Origin: Planctomycetota bacterium
GTDB lineage: Bacteria > Planctomycetota > UBA1135 > UBA2386
Direction of reading: 5' to 3'
Assembly: GCA_965223545.1 (NCBI GenBank)
Contig: OZ245006.1
Span: 3,712,001 to 3,776,000, forward strand
DNA length: 64,000 nucleotides
The first letter of the stretch is position 1, and each line of letters opens with the position of its first letter. The notes below the pieces were generated by a model, which saw only the letters and a list, made by a program, of their open reading frames with translations, did not search any database and was not told the DNA's origin. Positions 38,699 through 47,936 of this stretch are shown one piece after another. The position numbers were made by a program, and so were the translations under genes.

Positions 38699-39270
38699 GA
38701 TCCGTGCTCCGTCCCGACGCCCATGCCCGAGCGCAGCCGACGGCGGGCGCGGCTGAGCCGCTGGTTCACCGCCGCCTCGGTGATGCCGAGGCGCTTCGCC
38801 ATTCCGGCGTAGCTCATCTCCTCGAAGTAGAACAACAACACGGCCTCGCGGAGAGCCTCGGGCAACTTGCCCACCATCGACCGCAGCCGATGGCGGCGCT
38901 CGTCCTCGGGAGTCCCCGCCGGCCCGGCGTCGGCCACCTCCGGCTCGAGCCGGACCTCGTCGAGCGACACCGTGCTCTTGCCACGCTTGCGCAATCGGTC
39001 GACCGCAAGGTTTTGCGCGATGCGGTGCACGTACGGCCCGAACCGGCGTGGGTCCTTGAGCCGGGCGAGACCGTGATAGGCGCGCAACAGCGTTTCCTGA
39101 ACCATGTCGTCGAGGTCGCGGTGCTGTCCAAGACGGGCCAGGATGGTACCGCGCACCGTCTTTGCATAACGGACCACCAGAACGCCAAAGGCGTCCCGGG
39201 ACCCTTGCAGACTCAGCCGGACGAGTTCGGCGTCCGCAGGCTGCGGATCTTGGACGTGCACGCGATCCAA
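38695..39270 (-). CDS. ECF RNA polymerase sigma factor
   Basis: DAELV...G.RDAFG.LV.RY, DD.VQET.LRAY, L.YFEEMSY..MA..LG and V..RL.RARR.L motifs. Confidence 0.92.
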   Translation of the reverse strand: MDRVHVQDPQPADAELVRLSLQGSRDAFGVLVVRYAKTVRGTILARLGQHRDLDDMVQETLLRAYHGLARLKDPRRFGPYVHRIAQNLAVDRLRKRGKSTVSLDEVRLEPEVADAGPAGTPEDERRHRLRSMVGKLPEALREAVLLFYFEEMSYAGMAKRLGITEAAVNQRLSRARRRLRSGMGVGTEHGS

Positions 39271-39343
39271 TGAATCGAAGTGCGGTTCTAGTCGCCCGTG
39301 GGGCCGCGGCTCTCACCCGGATTCGAGAAAATTCCCAACCGCC

Positions 39344-41392
39344 CTACTGCCCGCGGAGTTCGGCCAGGATCCGGTCGCCGCCGTAGACCCCGAGCGCCTG
39401 GACGATCGCATCGACGTGCACGGAGACCGCCCGCGGCACGCTGTCGGTATAGACGAACCGGTTCGGCAGCATCTCGATGTTGCCGTCGAAGACCAGGCCG
39501 ACGACCTCCAGCTGCCGGTTGACGATGCCACTGCCCGAGTTGCCACCGATGATGTCGTTGGTGCTGACGAAGTCGACGGCCGCGCTCATGTCGATCCGCT
39601 CCGCGGCGTCGATCCAGATCTGCGGCAGGCTGAACGGGTACTTGCCGTCGAACTCGGCGTGGCGCGCGTAGAGTCCGTAGAACGACGTGCGGTACGGCGC
39701 GATCGTGCCATTGAACGGAAAGCCGCGGACAACGCCGTCGCTGAAGCGCAGCGAGAAGGTCGCGTCCGGCGAGATCTTGTTGCCGTAGACCGCGAACAGC
39801 GCCCGGCCGACCTGCTCGCCGAGCGCCTCTTCCTGCTCGGCGAGCCAAGACTGCACTCGCTCCACGCCGCGCACCAGCCGATCGAGCACCAAGGCAATGC
39901 GCAGCGCCAGGTCGTCACTCTGCGCCAATGCGACCTCGTCCTGCGCCAACGCCTGGTCGACGAACGCCGCGTCCGCCATCCCGCCGCGTTCCAGCGCCTG
40001 CGCGATGTCCTCGGGTTCGCGCCCGTCGAGCAAGACGGCGCGGTACGGGTCGCTGCGCGGCAACCAGTCGGCGGCCCGCGCCAGGTGATCGATGAACGAA
40101 GCCCGCTCGTAGGCCGACATCTCCACCTGCATCTCGCGGGCGCTCACGGCGTGGGCCTCCCTGCGCGCGGCGGTGGGGGCGCGCACCGCGCGGACAATCT
40201 CGAGCGCGCGCGCCAGATGCTTGGAGCCACCCGGCGTGTGGAACCGCCGCTGCGGCTCGAGCGCGGTCTTCGCCGCGGCCACCTCTTCCAGGCGCTCCCA
40301 GAGCTGTCCGAACCGCTGCCGCAGACCGTCATCGGCGAACACGTGGCGGCGGAACTCGGCCTCGGCTTCGACCTTCGCTTGCATCAAGCGCTCGTCCAGC
40401 AGCCCGCCGTGGTAGCCGGCGTAGGCTTTCTGCGCGTTCTCGTAGTTGAGGATCTGCGGCCGCAGCGCGCGCTCTTGCTCCTCGTCGTCGGAAGCGAGCT
40501 GTCGCATCACTGCCAACCGGTTGTCGATCAGCTGGCGCACCATCGGGTAGGCGGCGTCGGCCAAGAAGTCCATCTGCGCTTTGGTCTTCAGCCGCTCGGT
40601 CGAACCCGGGTTGCCGGTGACGAACACAACCTCGCCCTCGATCGGGCCCGTGCTGCTCCAGCGAAAGTAGTGCGCCGCAGTGTCGGCGGGGGCGCCGTTC
40701 TCATAGGCGCGGCAAAAGGCGAAGTCGATGCTGTAGCGCGGGTAGGTGAAGTTGTCGGGATCGCCGCCGAAGTGCGCGATCTGCAGGTGTGGCGCGCACA
40801 CCAACCGCACGTCGGCGAACACCTTGTAGAGATACAGCTGATAGACCGCGCCCTGGTGCAGCGAGATGATCTCCGGTGTCAACTCGGGCTGCGCCGCCGA
40901 CGCCTCGGCTTCGATGCGCGCCCGGTTCTCCGCGCGCCGCGCGGCGGCATCGGCCGCCGGCATCTCGGACGTGATTCCGGCATTGATCTGGTCGGTGATG
41001 TCGCGCATCGAGACGAGCTGCTGCACGGTCAGGTCGGGGATCGGCACCTCCTCACCGAGGGCGGTGGCGTAGAACCCCGTCTTGACCCAGTCCTCGGCCG
41101 GCGGCGACACGGCGGCGATCTGACCACGCACGCAGTGGTGGTTGGTCATGATCAATCCCTTGGGCGAGACGAACGACGCCGAGCAGCCATCACCGAACCG
41201 CAGCGACGCGAGCCGCAGTGCGTCCAGCCATTCCTGGCTGGGCTTGAAGCCGTACTCCTTCTCCAGGTACGCCAGCGGTGGATTCTCGAAGGTCCACATC
41301 TTGCCCAGCTCGAGCTTGCCCTGGGCCGGCGCCGTGGCCGCGGAAAGGACGAGGACAGCGAGCGCGGAAGAACGAAGAGCGAGTCCTGTCAT
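39344..41392 (-). CDS. S46 family dipeptidyl peptidase (copy 1)
   Basis: GKMWT, CSASFVS..GL..TNHHC, FGGDPDNF.YPR, PDATFSLR, DIIGGNSGS and FDGN motifs. Confidence 0.93.
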   Translation of the reverse strand: MTGLALRSSALAVLVLSAATAPAQGKLELGKMWTFENPPLAYLEKEYGFKPSQEWLDALRLASLRFGDGCSASFVSPKGLIMTNHHCVRGQIAAVSPPAEDWVKTGFYATALGEEVPIPDLTVQQLVSMRDITDQINAGITSEMPAADAAARRAENRARIEAEASAAQPELTPEIISLHQGAVYQLYLYKVFADVRLVCAPHLQIAHFGGDPDNFTYPRYSIDFAFCRAYENGAPADTAAHYFRWSSTGPIEGEVVFVTGNPGSTERLKTKAQMDFLADAAYPMVRQLIDNRLAVMRQLASDDEEQERALRPQILNYENAQKAYAGYHGGLLDERLMQAKVEAEAEFRRHVFADDGLRQRFGQLWERLEEVAAAKTALEPQRRFHTPGGSKHLARALEIVRAVRAPTAARREAHAVSAREMQVEMSAYERASFIDHLARAADWLPRSDPYRAVLLDGREPEDIAQALERGGMADAAFVDQALAQDEVALAQSDDLALRIALVLDRLVRGVERVQSWLAEQEEALGEQVGRALFAVYGNKISPDATFSLRFSDGVVRGFPFNGTIAPYRTSFYGLYARHAEFDGKYPFSLPQIWIDAAERIDMSAAVDFVSTNDIIGGNSGSGIVNRQLEVVGLVFDGNIEMLPNRFVYTDSVPRAVSVHVDAIVQALGVYGGDRILAELRGQ

Positions 41393-41437
41393 GGCTGTTG
41401 GAGGGGCGGGGGACGACCCGGCAACGGGTCGTCGGAT

Positions 41438-42424
41438 TCAGTCGTAGGCGATCGCGCTGTAGCGCATCAGCTTCTCGAGACGGTGGCGGGATTCGATGTA
41501 GCGCACCGTGCCCGAGCGCCCGCGCATCACCAGCGAGTGGGTGATGGCGCCGGACCGCGTGTAGCTGACGCCGCGCAAGAAGGTGCCGCCGGAGATGCCG
41601 GTGGCGGCAAGGAACGTGTCGTCGCTGCCGACCAGGCGGTCCAGGTCGAGGATCTCGTCGACATCGGTCCCCGCTTCGGCGAGCTGCGTCCGCTCGGCGT
41701 CACTCTGTGGATCGAGACGGGCCAGCATCTCGCCGCCGATCGAACGGATCGCCGTCGCCGCCAGCACGCCCTCCGGAGTGCCGCCCGTGCCCATCATCAC
41801 GTCGACTTCGGACGTCGGGTCGACGGCCATCAGCGCACCCGCGACGTCGCCGTCGGTGTGCAGCTGGATGCGCGCGCCGCTCGCGCGGATCCGACCGATC
41901 AGCTCGCGGTGCCGTGGCTTGTCCAAGACGAAGACGACCAGGTCGTCGACGTCCTTGCCCAACGCCTGCGCCACGCTGGCGAGATTGGTCTCCACCGAAG
42001 CATCGAGGTCGACCGTACCGGCGGCGGCCGCCGGCACGACCAGCTTCTGCATGTAGTAGCTGGGCCCAGGATCGTACATCGTGCCCGCCGGCGCGATGCC
42101 GACGACCGCGATGGCGTTCGGCCGGCCCAGCGCCAGCAGATTGGTGCCTTCCACCGGGTCGACGGCGACGTCGACCGCGGGCCCGTCGCCGGTACCGACG
42201 TCCTCGCCGTTGAACAGCATCGGCGCCTCGTCTTTCTCGCCTTCGCCGATGATGACCCGGCCGCGGATCTCAAGGCTGCCGAACATGAAGCGCATCGCCT
42301 CGACCGCGGCCCGATCACCGTCGTTCTTGGCGCCCTTGCCGAGCCATCGCCCGGCACTGAGTGCCGCGGACTCGGTCACGCGAACGAGGTCGAGGGCGAG
42401 ATTGCGGTCTGGGGCAAGGCTCAT
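41438..42424 (-). CDS. glpX: Class II fructose-1,6-bisphosphatase
   Basis: DRNLALDLVRVTE.AAL, IGEGEKDEAPML, DPVEGT, DGDVAG, GGTPEGV and ATGI motifs. Confidence 0.95.
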   Translation of the reverse strand: MSLAPDRNLALDLVRVTESAALSAGRWLGKGAKNDGDRAAVEAMRFMFGSLEIRGRVIIGEGEKDEAPMLFNGEDVGTGDGPAVDVAVDPVEGTNLLALGRPNAIAVVGIAPAGTMYDPGPSYYMQKLVVPAAAAGTVDLDASVETNLASVAQALGKDVDDLVVFVLDKPRHRELIGRIRASGARIQLHTDGDVAGALMAVDPTSEVDVMMGTGGTPEGVLAATAIRSIGGEMLARLDPQSDAERTQLAEAGTDVDEILDLDRLVGSDDTFLAATGISGGTFLRGVSYTRSGAITHSLVMRGRSGTVRYIESRHRLEKLMRYSAIAYD

Positions 42425-42455
42425 GACGGGCTATCGGGGCGGTGGGCGAAGGCCG

Positions 42456-44519
42456 TCAGTTTGCGGCGCCGGCGCGTAGCTCGTCCAGCACCCGCTGCGC
42501 CTCATAGATCACCTGCAGCGATTCTTCGATCGCCTCGACGTGCACCGACACCGACCGCTGGCTGTCACTGCGAAAGACGAAGCGGTTGGCGAGCTGCTCG
42601 ATGTTCCCATCGAAGATCAAGCCGACGACGCGGAGCTCCGTATCCACCACCGGGCTGCCGGAGTTGCCGCCGATGATGTCGTTGGTGCTGACGAAGTTGA
42701 CCGCCTTGCGCATGTCGACGCGGTCTTGGCGTTCGAGCCACAGCTCCGGCAGGTGGAACGGGTCCTGATTGCCGAACTCGGTATTGCGTGCGAACAAGCC
42801 GTAGAACGTGGTGCGGTAGGGAGCCAGCGTCCCGTTGTAGGGGTAGCGCAGCACGCGGCCGTCGCTGAAGCGCAACGTCATCGTCGCATCCGGGCTGATC
42901 GAGTCCCCGTACACGGCATACAAGGCCTGGCCGACGAGCTGCTCCTGCGAAGCCTCGCGCGCCGCGATCTCCTCGGAACGCCGCAGGTTCTCCGCCATCA
43001 TCGGCACCAGCTGGCGCGCGACGACGACAGCGTGGTCTTCCGACGCGTTCACCGCCTCCATCCCGCCTCCGAGCAGCGCTTGCACCAGCTCCGGATCGCC
43101 GATCTTGCTACCGGCCAGCAGCACCGAGGCCATCGCCGCCGGACCATTGCCGGTCAACAACGCCACGTACGGGTCCTCCTCGCCGAGCCAACGCACCGCC
43201 AAGTTGACGTGATCGATGAACAGCGCCTGCTGCAACGGGCTCATGCCCACCTCGATCTCACCGACCATTTCGCGCGCGATCTCGCGCTCTTCCTCACTGG
43301 TCTGCGGATCGACGGCCTGCACGATGGCGACCGCCTTTGCCAGGTGCGGCGAATAGCTCGGCACTTGCAGCTGCAGCTTGGCCTCGAGCGCAGTCTTCTC
43401 GGCGGCGAGATCGGCCAGCGACGACCAGACTCCACCGAAACGCTCGGCCAGCGCGGGCTCGGCCTCGACGGCGGCGCGGAACTCCCCCTCGAACGCGCGC
43501 TTCTGCTGCATCAGGGTCTCGTCCTGCAGACCACCGAGATAACCGTCCAGCGCCTTCACCGAGTTTTCGTCGCCGAGAATGATCGTGCGCAGCTGCTCCT
43601 CGAGCACCGGAAACCGCCGGACGAAGTCGCGCAGGATCGCCAACCGGCTGCGCAACAAACCCAGCGTCACCGGGTAGTTCGCATCCCGCATGTACTCCAT
43701 CTGTGCCGTGGTCAGCAGCCGCCCGGTCGAGCCCGGATTGCCGGTGACGAACACCAAGTCCCCCTCGCCCGCACCGGCCGAGTTCCACCGGAAGTAGTGC
43801 GCGCCAGTGTCGGCGGGCTCGCCGTCGACGTAGGCCCGGCAGAAAGCGAAATCGATGCTGTAGCGCGGGTAGGTGAAGTTGTCGGGATCGCCACCGAAGT
43901 GCGCGGTCTGCAGATGCGGGGCACACACCAGCCGCACGTCGTCATAGACGTTGTAGAGGTAGAGGTGGTACGCGGCGCCTTGGTGCAGCTTGACGATCTC
44001 CGGCTTGAGGCCCGGGTGGTCCGCCTTGGCAGCGGCGAGGATCGCCTTCTGATTGGCATCCCGCTGCTCGGCCGCGGCCGCGTCGTCCAACCCCTCGGTG
44101 GCTTCGAGCATTGCTTGGGTGACGTCGCGGGTCGACGCCAGCTGCTGCACGGTCAGCCCCGGAATCCGCACCTCGTCTTCGAGCGATCGCGCGTAGAAGC
44201 CGTGCTTGACCCAGTCCTCCCCCGGCGGTGACACCTCGGCGATGTTGTCGCGCACGCAGTGGTGGTTGGTCATGATCAACCCCTTGGGCGACACGAACGA
44301 CGCCGAGCACCAATCGCCGAAGCGCAGTGAGGCCAGGCGGAGCGCGGCCAGCCAGTCGGCATCGGCTGCAAACCCGTACTCCTCTTCGAGATAGGCGAGC
44401 GGTGGGTTTTCGAACGTCCACATCTTGCCCAGCTCGAGCTGGATCTGGGCGCGTGTCGGGGCGGCGGCCAGGGCCAGGGCGATCAGCGCCGCGGGCCCAC
44501 GCAGAACGGTCATGTGCAT
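42456..44519 (-). CDS. S46 family dipeptidyl peptidase (copy 2)
   Basis: Same motifs as copy 1 (TNHHC, DIIGGNSGSPV, FDGN). Start ATG 44519 or 44513. Confidence 0.93.
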   Translation of the reverse strand: MHMTVLRGPAALIALALAAAPTRAQIQLELGKMWTFENPPLAYLEEEYGFAADADWLAALRLASLRFGDWCSASFVSPKGLIMTNHHCVRDNIAEVSPPGEDWVKHGFYARSLEDEVRIPGLTVQQLASTRDVTQAMLEATEGLDDAAAAEQRDANQKAILAAAKADHPGLKPEIVKLHQGAAYHLYLYNVYDDVRLVCAPHLQTAHFGGDPDNFTYPRYSIDFAFCRAYVDGEPADTGAHYFRWNSAGAGEGDLVFVTGNPGSTGRLLTTAQMEYMRDANYPVTLGLLRSRLAILRDFVRRFPVLEEQLRTIILGDENSVKALDGYLGGLQDETLMQQKRAFEGEFRAAVEAEPALAERFGGVWSSLADLAAEKTALEAKLQLQVPSYSPHLAKAVAIVQAVDPQTSEEEREIAREMVGEIEVGMSPLQQALFIDHVNLAVRWLGEEDPYVALLTGNGPAAMASVLLAGSKIGDPELVQALLGGGMEAVNASEDHAVVVARQLVPMMAENLRRSEEIAAREASQEQLVGQALYAVYGDSISPDATMTLRFSDGRVLRYPYNGTLAPYRTTFYGLFARNTEFGNQDPFHLPELWLERQDRVDMRKAVNFVSTNDIIGGNSGSPVVDTELRVVGLIFDGNIEQLANRFVFRSDSQRSVSVHVEAIEESLQVIYEAQRVLDELRAGAAN

Positions 44520-44613
44520 GTCGCGAGTGGGTTGCCTGAAGGGATGGACCGCGAACAATACGCACGCTCCGGCGCCGGCGCGTGCGCAACTTCACCGTTC
44601 TGTCGGCGCGGAT

Positions 44614-45924
44614 TCAGGGCTGCACGCGCACGTGCACTCCGTTGCTCAAGATCGTCCCCACCAGGGCCTGGACGTAGACATCGATCCCGATCAGCGGGGT
44701 CAACGGCGAGCCGGGCAAGCTGACCACCGATCGGCCGGCTGCATCGAGGACGCCACCGGCGATCGGCGCCCACGGCGGTGCCAAGAACAGCCAGCCGAAC
44801 GGCGGCAGCGTCATGGTCGACTGGTTGAGGGCGGCCACCGCCGCATACGGGGCACCGGCACGGCCGCGCAGGTGCAGGTCCAGCGGACCGCCACCGCTCG
44901 GCCAGACCGGCACATCGACGGCCACCGGAGCACCGAAGCTCGCGGCACCGGCGAGCACCGTGCGCTCGATCGCCTCCCGGCCCAATTGGGTCAGCACCAG
45001 CGAGTGCGGCGTCGCGGGCACGAAGTCGTACAGCTTCTCGCCGGTCACGGCGTTGTAGAAGAGCAAGCCCGAGGTCACCGAGCCGGTGCAGTCCTGCGCG
45101 CCAAACAACAAGTGCACGCGCGTGTTCGGGTAGTGAGTGTCGGCGGCCGGGTGCAGGATGCTCTCTTCGAGATGCTCTCGTGGCGTCGGATTGGGCGAAC
45201 ACTTGATGCACAACGCCGGGCCGAAGATGCCGGACTGCGCACTGCACGACGGCTGGCCGCACTCGATCACGAAGGGTGGAAACAGCTGCGCGCACTGCGC
45301 AGGCCAAGACGCCGGCGGCGGCTGCGGACACATGAGGTCGTAGCGCGCCATCGGCGGTCCGCCGCTGAAGACCGCCAGATCGAGATACCGCTCCGCATTC
45401 CAGGTGCTCAGCGCGTAGCCGAGAACACCTGCCCCCGACGAGGTGCCGAGCGCGGCGAACATGCCCTCGGTGTGATACCGGTCGTGCACCCACGCCAACA
45501 GCGTCGCGAACCGGCACGACTGCTTGCGCACCGACAGCGGGTCGGAGAACCAACCCGGCGTCATCGCGTGGTCGACGACGCGAAAGCCGTGCGCCTGCAG
45601 CGCGAGCAACACCGGCAAGCCACCCGACTCCGAGCTGTAGAGGGCCTGCCCGGCACCGCCGTTGGCGAGGAGCAGCGTGCCCAAGAACGGCACTCCGGGC
45701 GGCGGCTCACTGATCTGCACGTGCGCCTGCACCGTCGGCAAGCCGGCGCAGTCGATCTGCAGCCCATCGTTCGTGGTGCGCGGGATGGGCTGCAAGCCGG
45801 GCACGCCGGTGAACAAGACCGTGACCGACCCCAGCGTCGTCGGCGGCCCCTCGGTGCACAGGGTCTGCGCGGAGGGCATCGCGGCGAGCGCGAGCACCCA
45901 AACAACGGGCCAGGTCGTCTTCAT
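44614..45924 (-). CDS. Secreted alpha/beta-hydrolase-like protein with the shared C-terminal domain
   Basis: MKTTWPVVWVLALAAMPSA|Q with GGGGAG RBS. GTSSG elbow, FGAQD, TPHS and a Cys-rich insert. C-terminus PLIGIDVYVQAL...LSNGV. Confidence 0.75.
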   Translation of the reverse strand: MKTTWPVVWVLALAAMPSAQTLCTEGPPTTLGSVTVLFTGVPGLQPIPRTTNDGLQIDCAGLPTVQAHVQISEPPPGVPFLGTLLLANGGAGQALYSSESGGLPVLLALQAHGFRVVDHAMTPGWFSDPLSVRKQSCRFATLLAWVHDRYHTEGMFAALGTSSGAGVLGYALSTWNAERYLDLAVFSGGPPMARYDLMCPQPPPASWPAQCAQLFPPFVIECGQPSCSAQSGIFGPALCIKCSPNPTPREHLEESILHPAADTHYPNTRVHLLFGAQDCTGSVTSGLLFYNAVTGEKLYDFVPATPHSLVLTQLGREAIERTVLAGAASFGAPVAVDVPVWPSGGGPLDLHLRGRAGAPYAAVAALNQSTMTLPPFGWLFLAPPWAPIAGGVLDAAGRSVVSLPGSPLTPLIGIDVYVQALVGTILSNGVHVRVQP

Positions 45925-46028
45925 GAACATCTCTCCCCAGAGAAAGCCGCGTTGACAACGCGACTTCCATGGTACTTGGGCCGGCTGCAAGGCCAACCCC
46001 CTGGCCCCCTGGGACCACGGGCTCGCAG

Positions 46029-47831
46029 CTACTTGCCAGGCCGCAACGCCATCGCCGCGAATCCGCACACCGCGGCCACGACCAAGCACACCCCCGCTTG
46101 ACCGTACTCGCCGAAGATCAGTGCGCCGGTGCCCGGCAGAGTCGCGTAGACCAGCCCCGCGCCGCAGAGCGCGGCGAGCACTGCGCGGCCGAGATCGCGA
46201 TCGACTTCGACTTCCGGACAACCCGCGGCGATCGGCCGCCAGCCCGGCCCGCCGGGCCGCACCTTGCGGAAGAAGCGCCGCAGATGGTCCCGGTCGTTGG
46301 CCGGCGTGGCGAAGGTCACCAAGAGCCACGCGGCGATGGTCAACGCCGCCACCATCGCCATCCGGTACTCGTCGCGGCGCAGGTCGGCGGGCAGCGCCTG
46401 GGTGAAACCATCGCGGCTCACCAACCAGTAGAAGCCGAGCGAGGCGACCATGGCCACGATCTCGGTCCACGCGTTGATGCGCCACCAGAACCAGCGCAGC
46501 ATGAAGACCGCGCCGGTGCCGGCGCCGAGCGCGGCCAAGAACTTCCACGCCTCGTCGACCGAGAGTCCGGCTCGGTTCATCCAGTAGGCCACGCCGGCGC
46601 CCACGGCGAGCACGAGCACCGACGCTGCTCGGGAGACCCGCGCCAGCTGACGATCCGAGGCGCCCGGTCGGGAGAAGCGGTGATACACGTCGTTGACCAG
46701 GTAGCTCGCCCCCCAGTTCATCTGCGTGCTGATCGTCGACATGAACGCCGCGAAGAACGTCACCAGCATCAAGCCGCGCAGGCCCTCCGGCGCCAGCTCG
46801 GCCATCACCCTGGGAAAGCCGACGCCCGGGTCGGTGTCGGCGCTGGTGTCGGTCGCCCAGGTGCGCAACTCCGGATACATCGCCAGCGCGGCGAACGCCA
46901 CCATCAGCCACGGCCACGGCCGCACGCAGTAATGCGCGACCTGGTACCAGAGCGTCGCCAACGTCGCGTGGCGCTCGTCCCGACAAGCGGCCATCCGCTG
47001 CACTACGTAGCCACCGCCACCGGGCTCGGCGCCCGGATACCACGTCGCCCACCACTGCACGAACAGCATCACGGAGAACACGCCGACCGGCATCCACGGA
47101 TCCTGCGCGGTGAAGTCGGGGAGGAAGTGGAACGCCTGGTCGCTGCCGAAGTTGGTGGTCACCCGTTCGCGCAGCGCGTCGATGCCGCCGACGTGGTCGA
47201 CCGCGAGCCATGCCAGGGCGATGCAACCGCCCATCGCCAAGAAGAACTGGATGAAATCGGTGACCGCGACCCCCCACATGCCGGACAGCACGCTGTAGAT
47301 GCCGACGATCGCCAGCAGACCGACGATCAGCCACAAGTCGGTGGAGTCGTCCGCCGGCAGGTCGGCAAGCACCGTGTAGCGCAGCACCTTGACCATGGCG
47401 CCGGTGACCCAGCCGATGATGATCGAGTTGATCAACAGAGCGACGTAGATCGAGCGGAAGCCGCGCAGGAACGCCGCCGCCCGGCCGCTGTAGCGCAGCT
47501 CGATCAGCTCGACGTCGGTCATCACCTCGGCGCGGCGCCACAACCGCGCGTAGACGAAGACGGTGAACATGCCGCCCAGCGCAAACGCCCACCAGAACCA
47601 GTTGCCGGCCAATCCGTCCTTGGCCACGATCCCGGTCACCGCCAAGGGCGTGTCGGCGGCGAACGTGGTCGCCACCATCGAGGTGCCCGCCAGCCACCAC
47701 GGCATGGCGCGGCCGGAGACGAAGAACTCCGCCGCGCTCGAGCCCGCGCGGCGCGACAGCGCGGCGCCGATGCCGAGCACGACGGCGAAGTAGCCGGCGA
47801 TGATCGCCCAATCGAGGGTGCTGAGCTGCAT
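46029..47831 (-). CDS. Sodium:solute symporter family protein
   Basis: LDW.II..YF, FFVSGR.MPWWLAGTSMVATTFAADTPL, YVVQRM and AAFMST motifs, plus many TM helices. Confidence 0.95.
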   Translation of the reverse strand: MQLSTLDWAIIAGYFAVVLGIGAALSRRAGSSAAEFFVSGRAMPWWLAGTSMVATTFAADTPLAVTGIVAKDGLAGNWFWWAFALGGMFTVFVYARLWRRAEVMTDVELIELRYSGRAAAFLRGFRSIYVALLINSIIIGWVTGAMVKVLRYTVLADLPADDSTDLWLIVGLLAIVGIYSVLSGMWGVAVTDFIQFFLAMGGCIALAWLAVDHVGGIDALRERVTTNFGSDQAFHFLPDFTAQDPWMPVGVFSVMLFVQWWATWYPGAEPGGGGYVVQRMAACRDERHATLATLWYQVAHYCVRPWPWLMVAFAALAMYPELRTWATDTSADTDPGVGFPRVMAELAPEGLRGLMLVTFFAAFMSTISTQMNWGASYLVNDVYHRFSRPGASDRQLARVSRAASVLVLAVGAGVAYWMNRAGLSVDEAWKFLAALGAGTGAVFMLRWFWWRINAWTEIVAMVASLGFYWLVSRDGFTQALPADLRRDEYRMAMVAALTIAAWLLVTFATPANDRDHLRRFFRKVRPGGPGWRPIAAGCPEVEVDRDLGRAVLAALCGAGLVYATLPGTGALIFGEYGQAGVCLVVAAVCGFAAMALRPGK

Positions 47832-47936
47832 CGGCGCCCAGTCAACGCGGCCGGCCGGGCCCGCGCATCAGGAATCATGGAATCCATGCTCGACCAGCCT
47901 GCGGGGCGGGCGGTAACCGCGTATGACTGACCACAC

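Noticed and set aside
39416..42676. 1086-aa plus-strand ORF and other long antisense ORFs (57826..60450, 13435..15489, 45969..47930)
   Set aside because: Shadow frames of well-supported opposite-strand genes in high-GC DNA; Arg/Ala-rich with no motifs.
44614..47811. 1065-aa ORF, and similarly 60360..63908, 37493..39316 and 34..1599, as giant fusions
   Set aside because: The upstream parts are off-frame read-through of neighbouring real genes; internal starts with RBS, signal peptide or stop-start overlap explain them.
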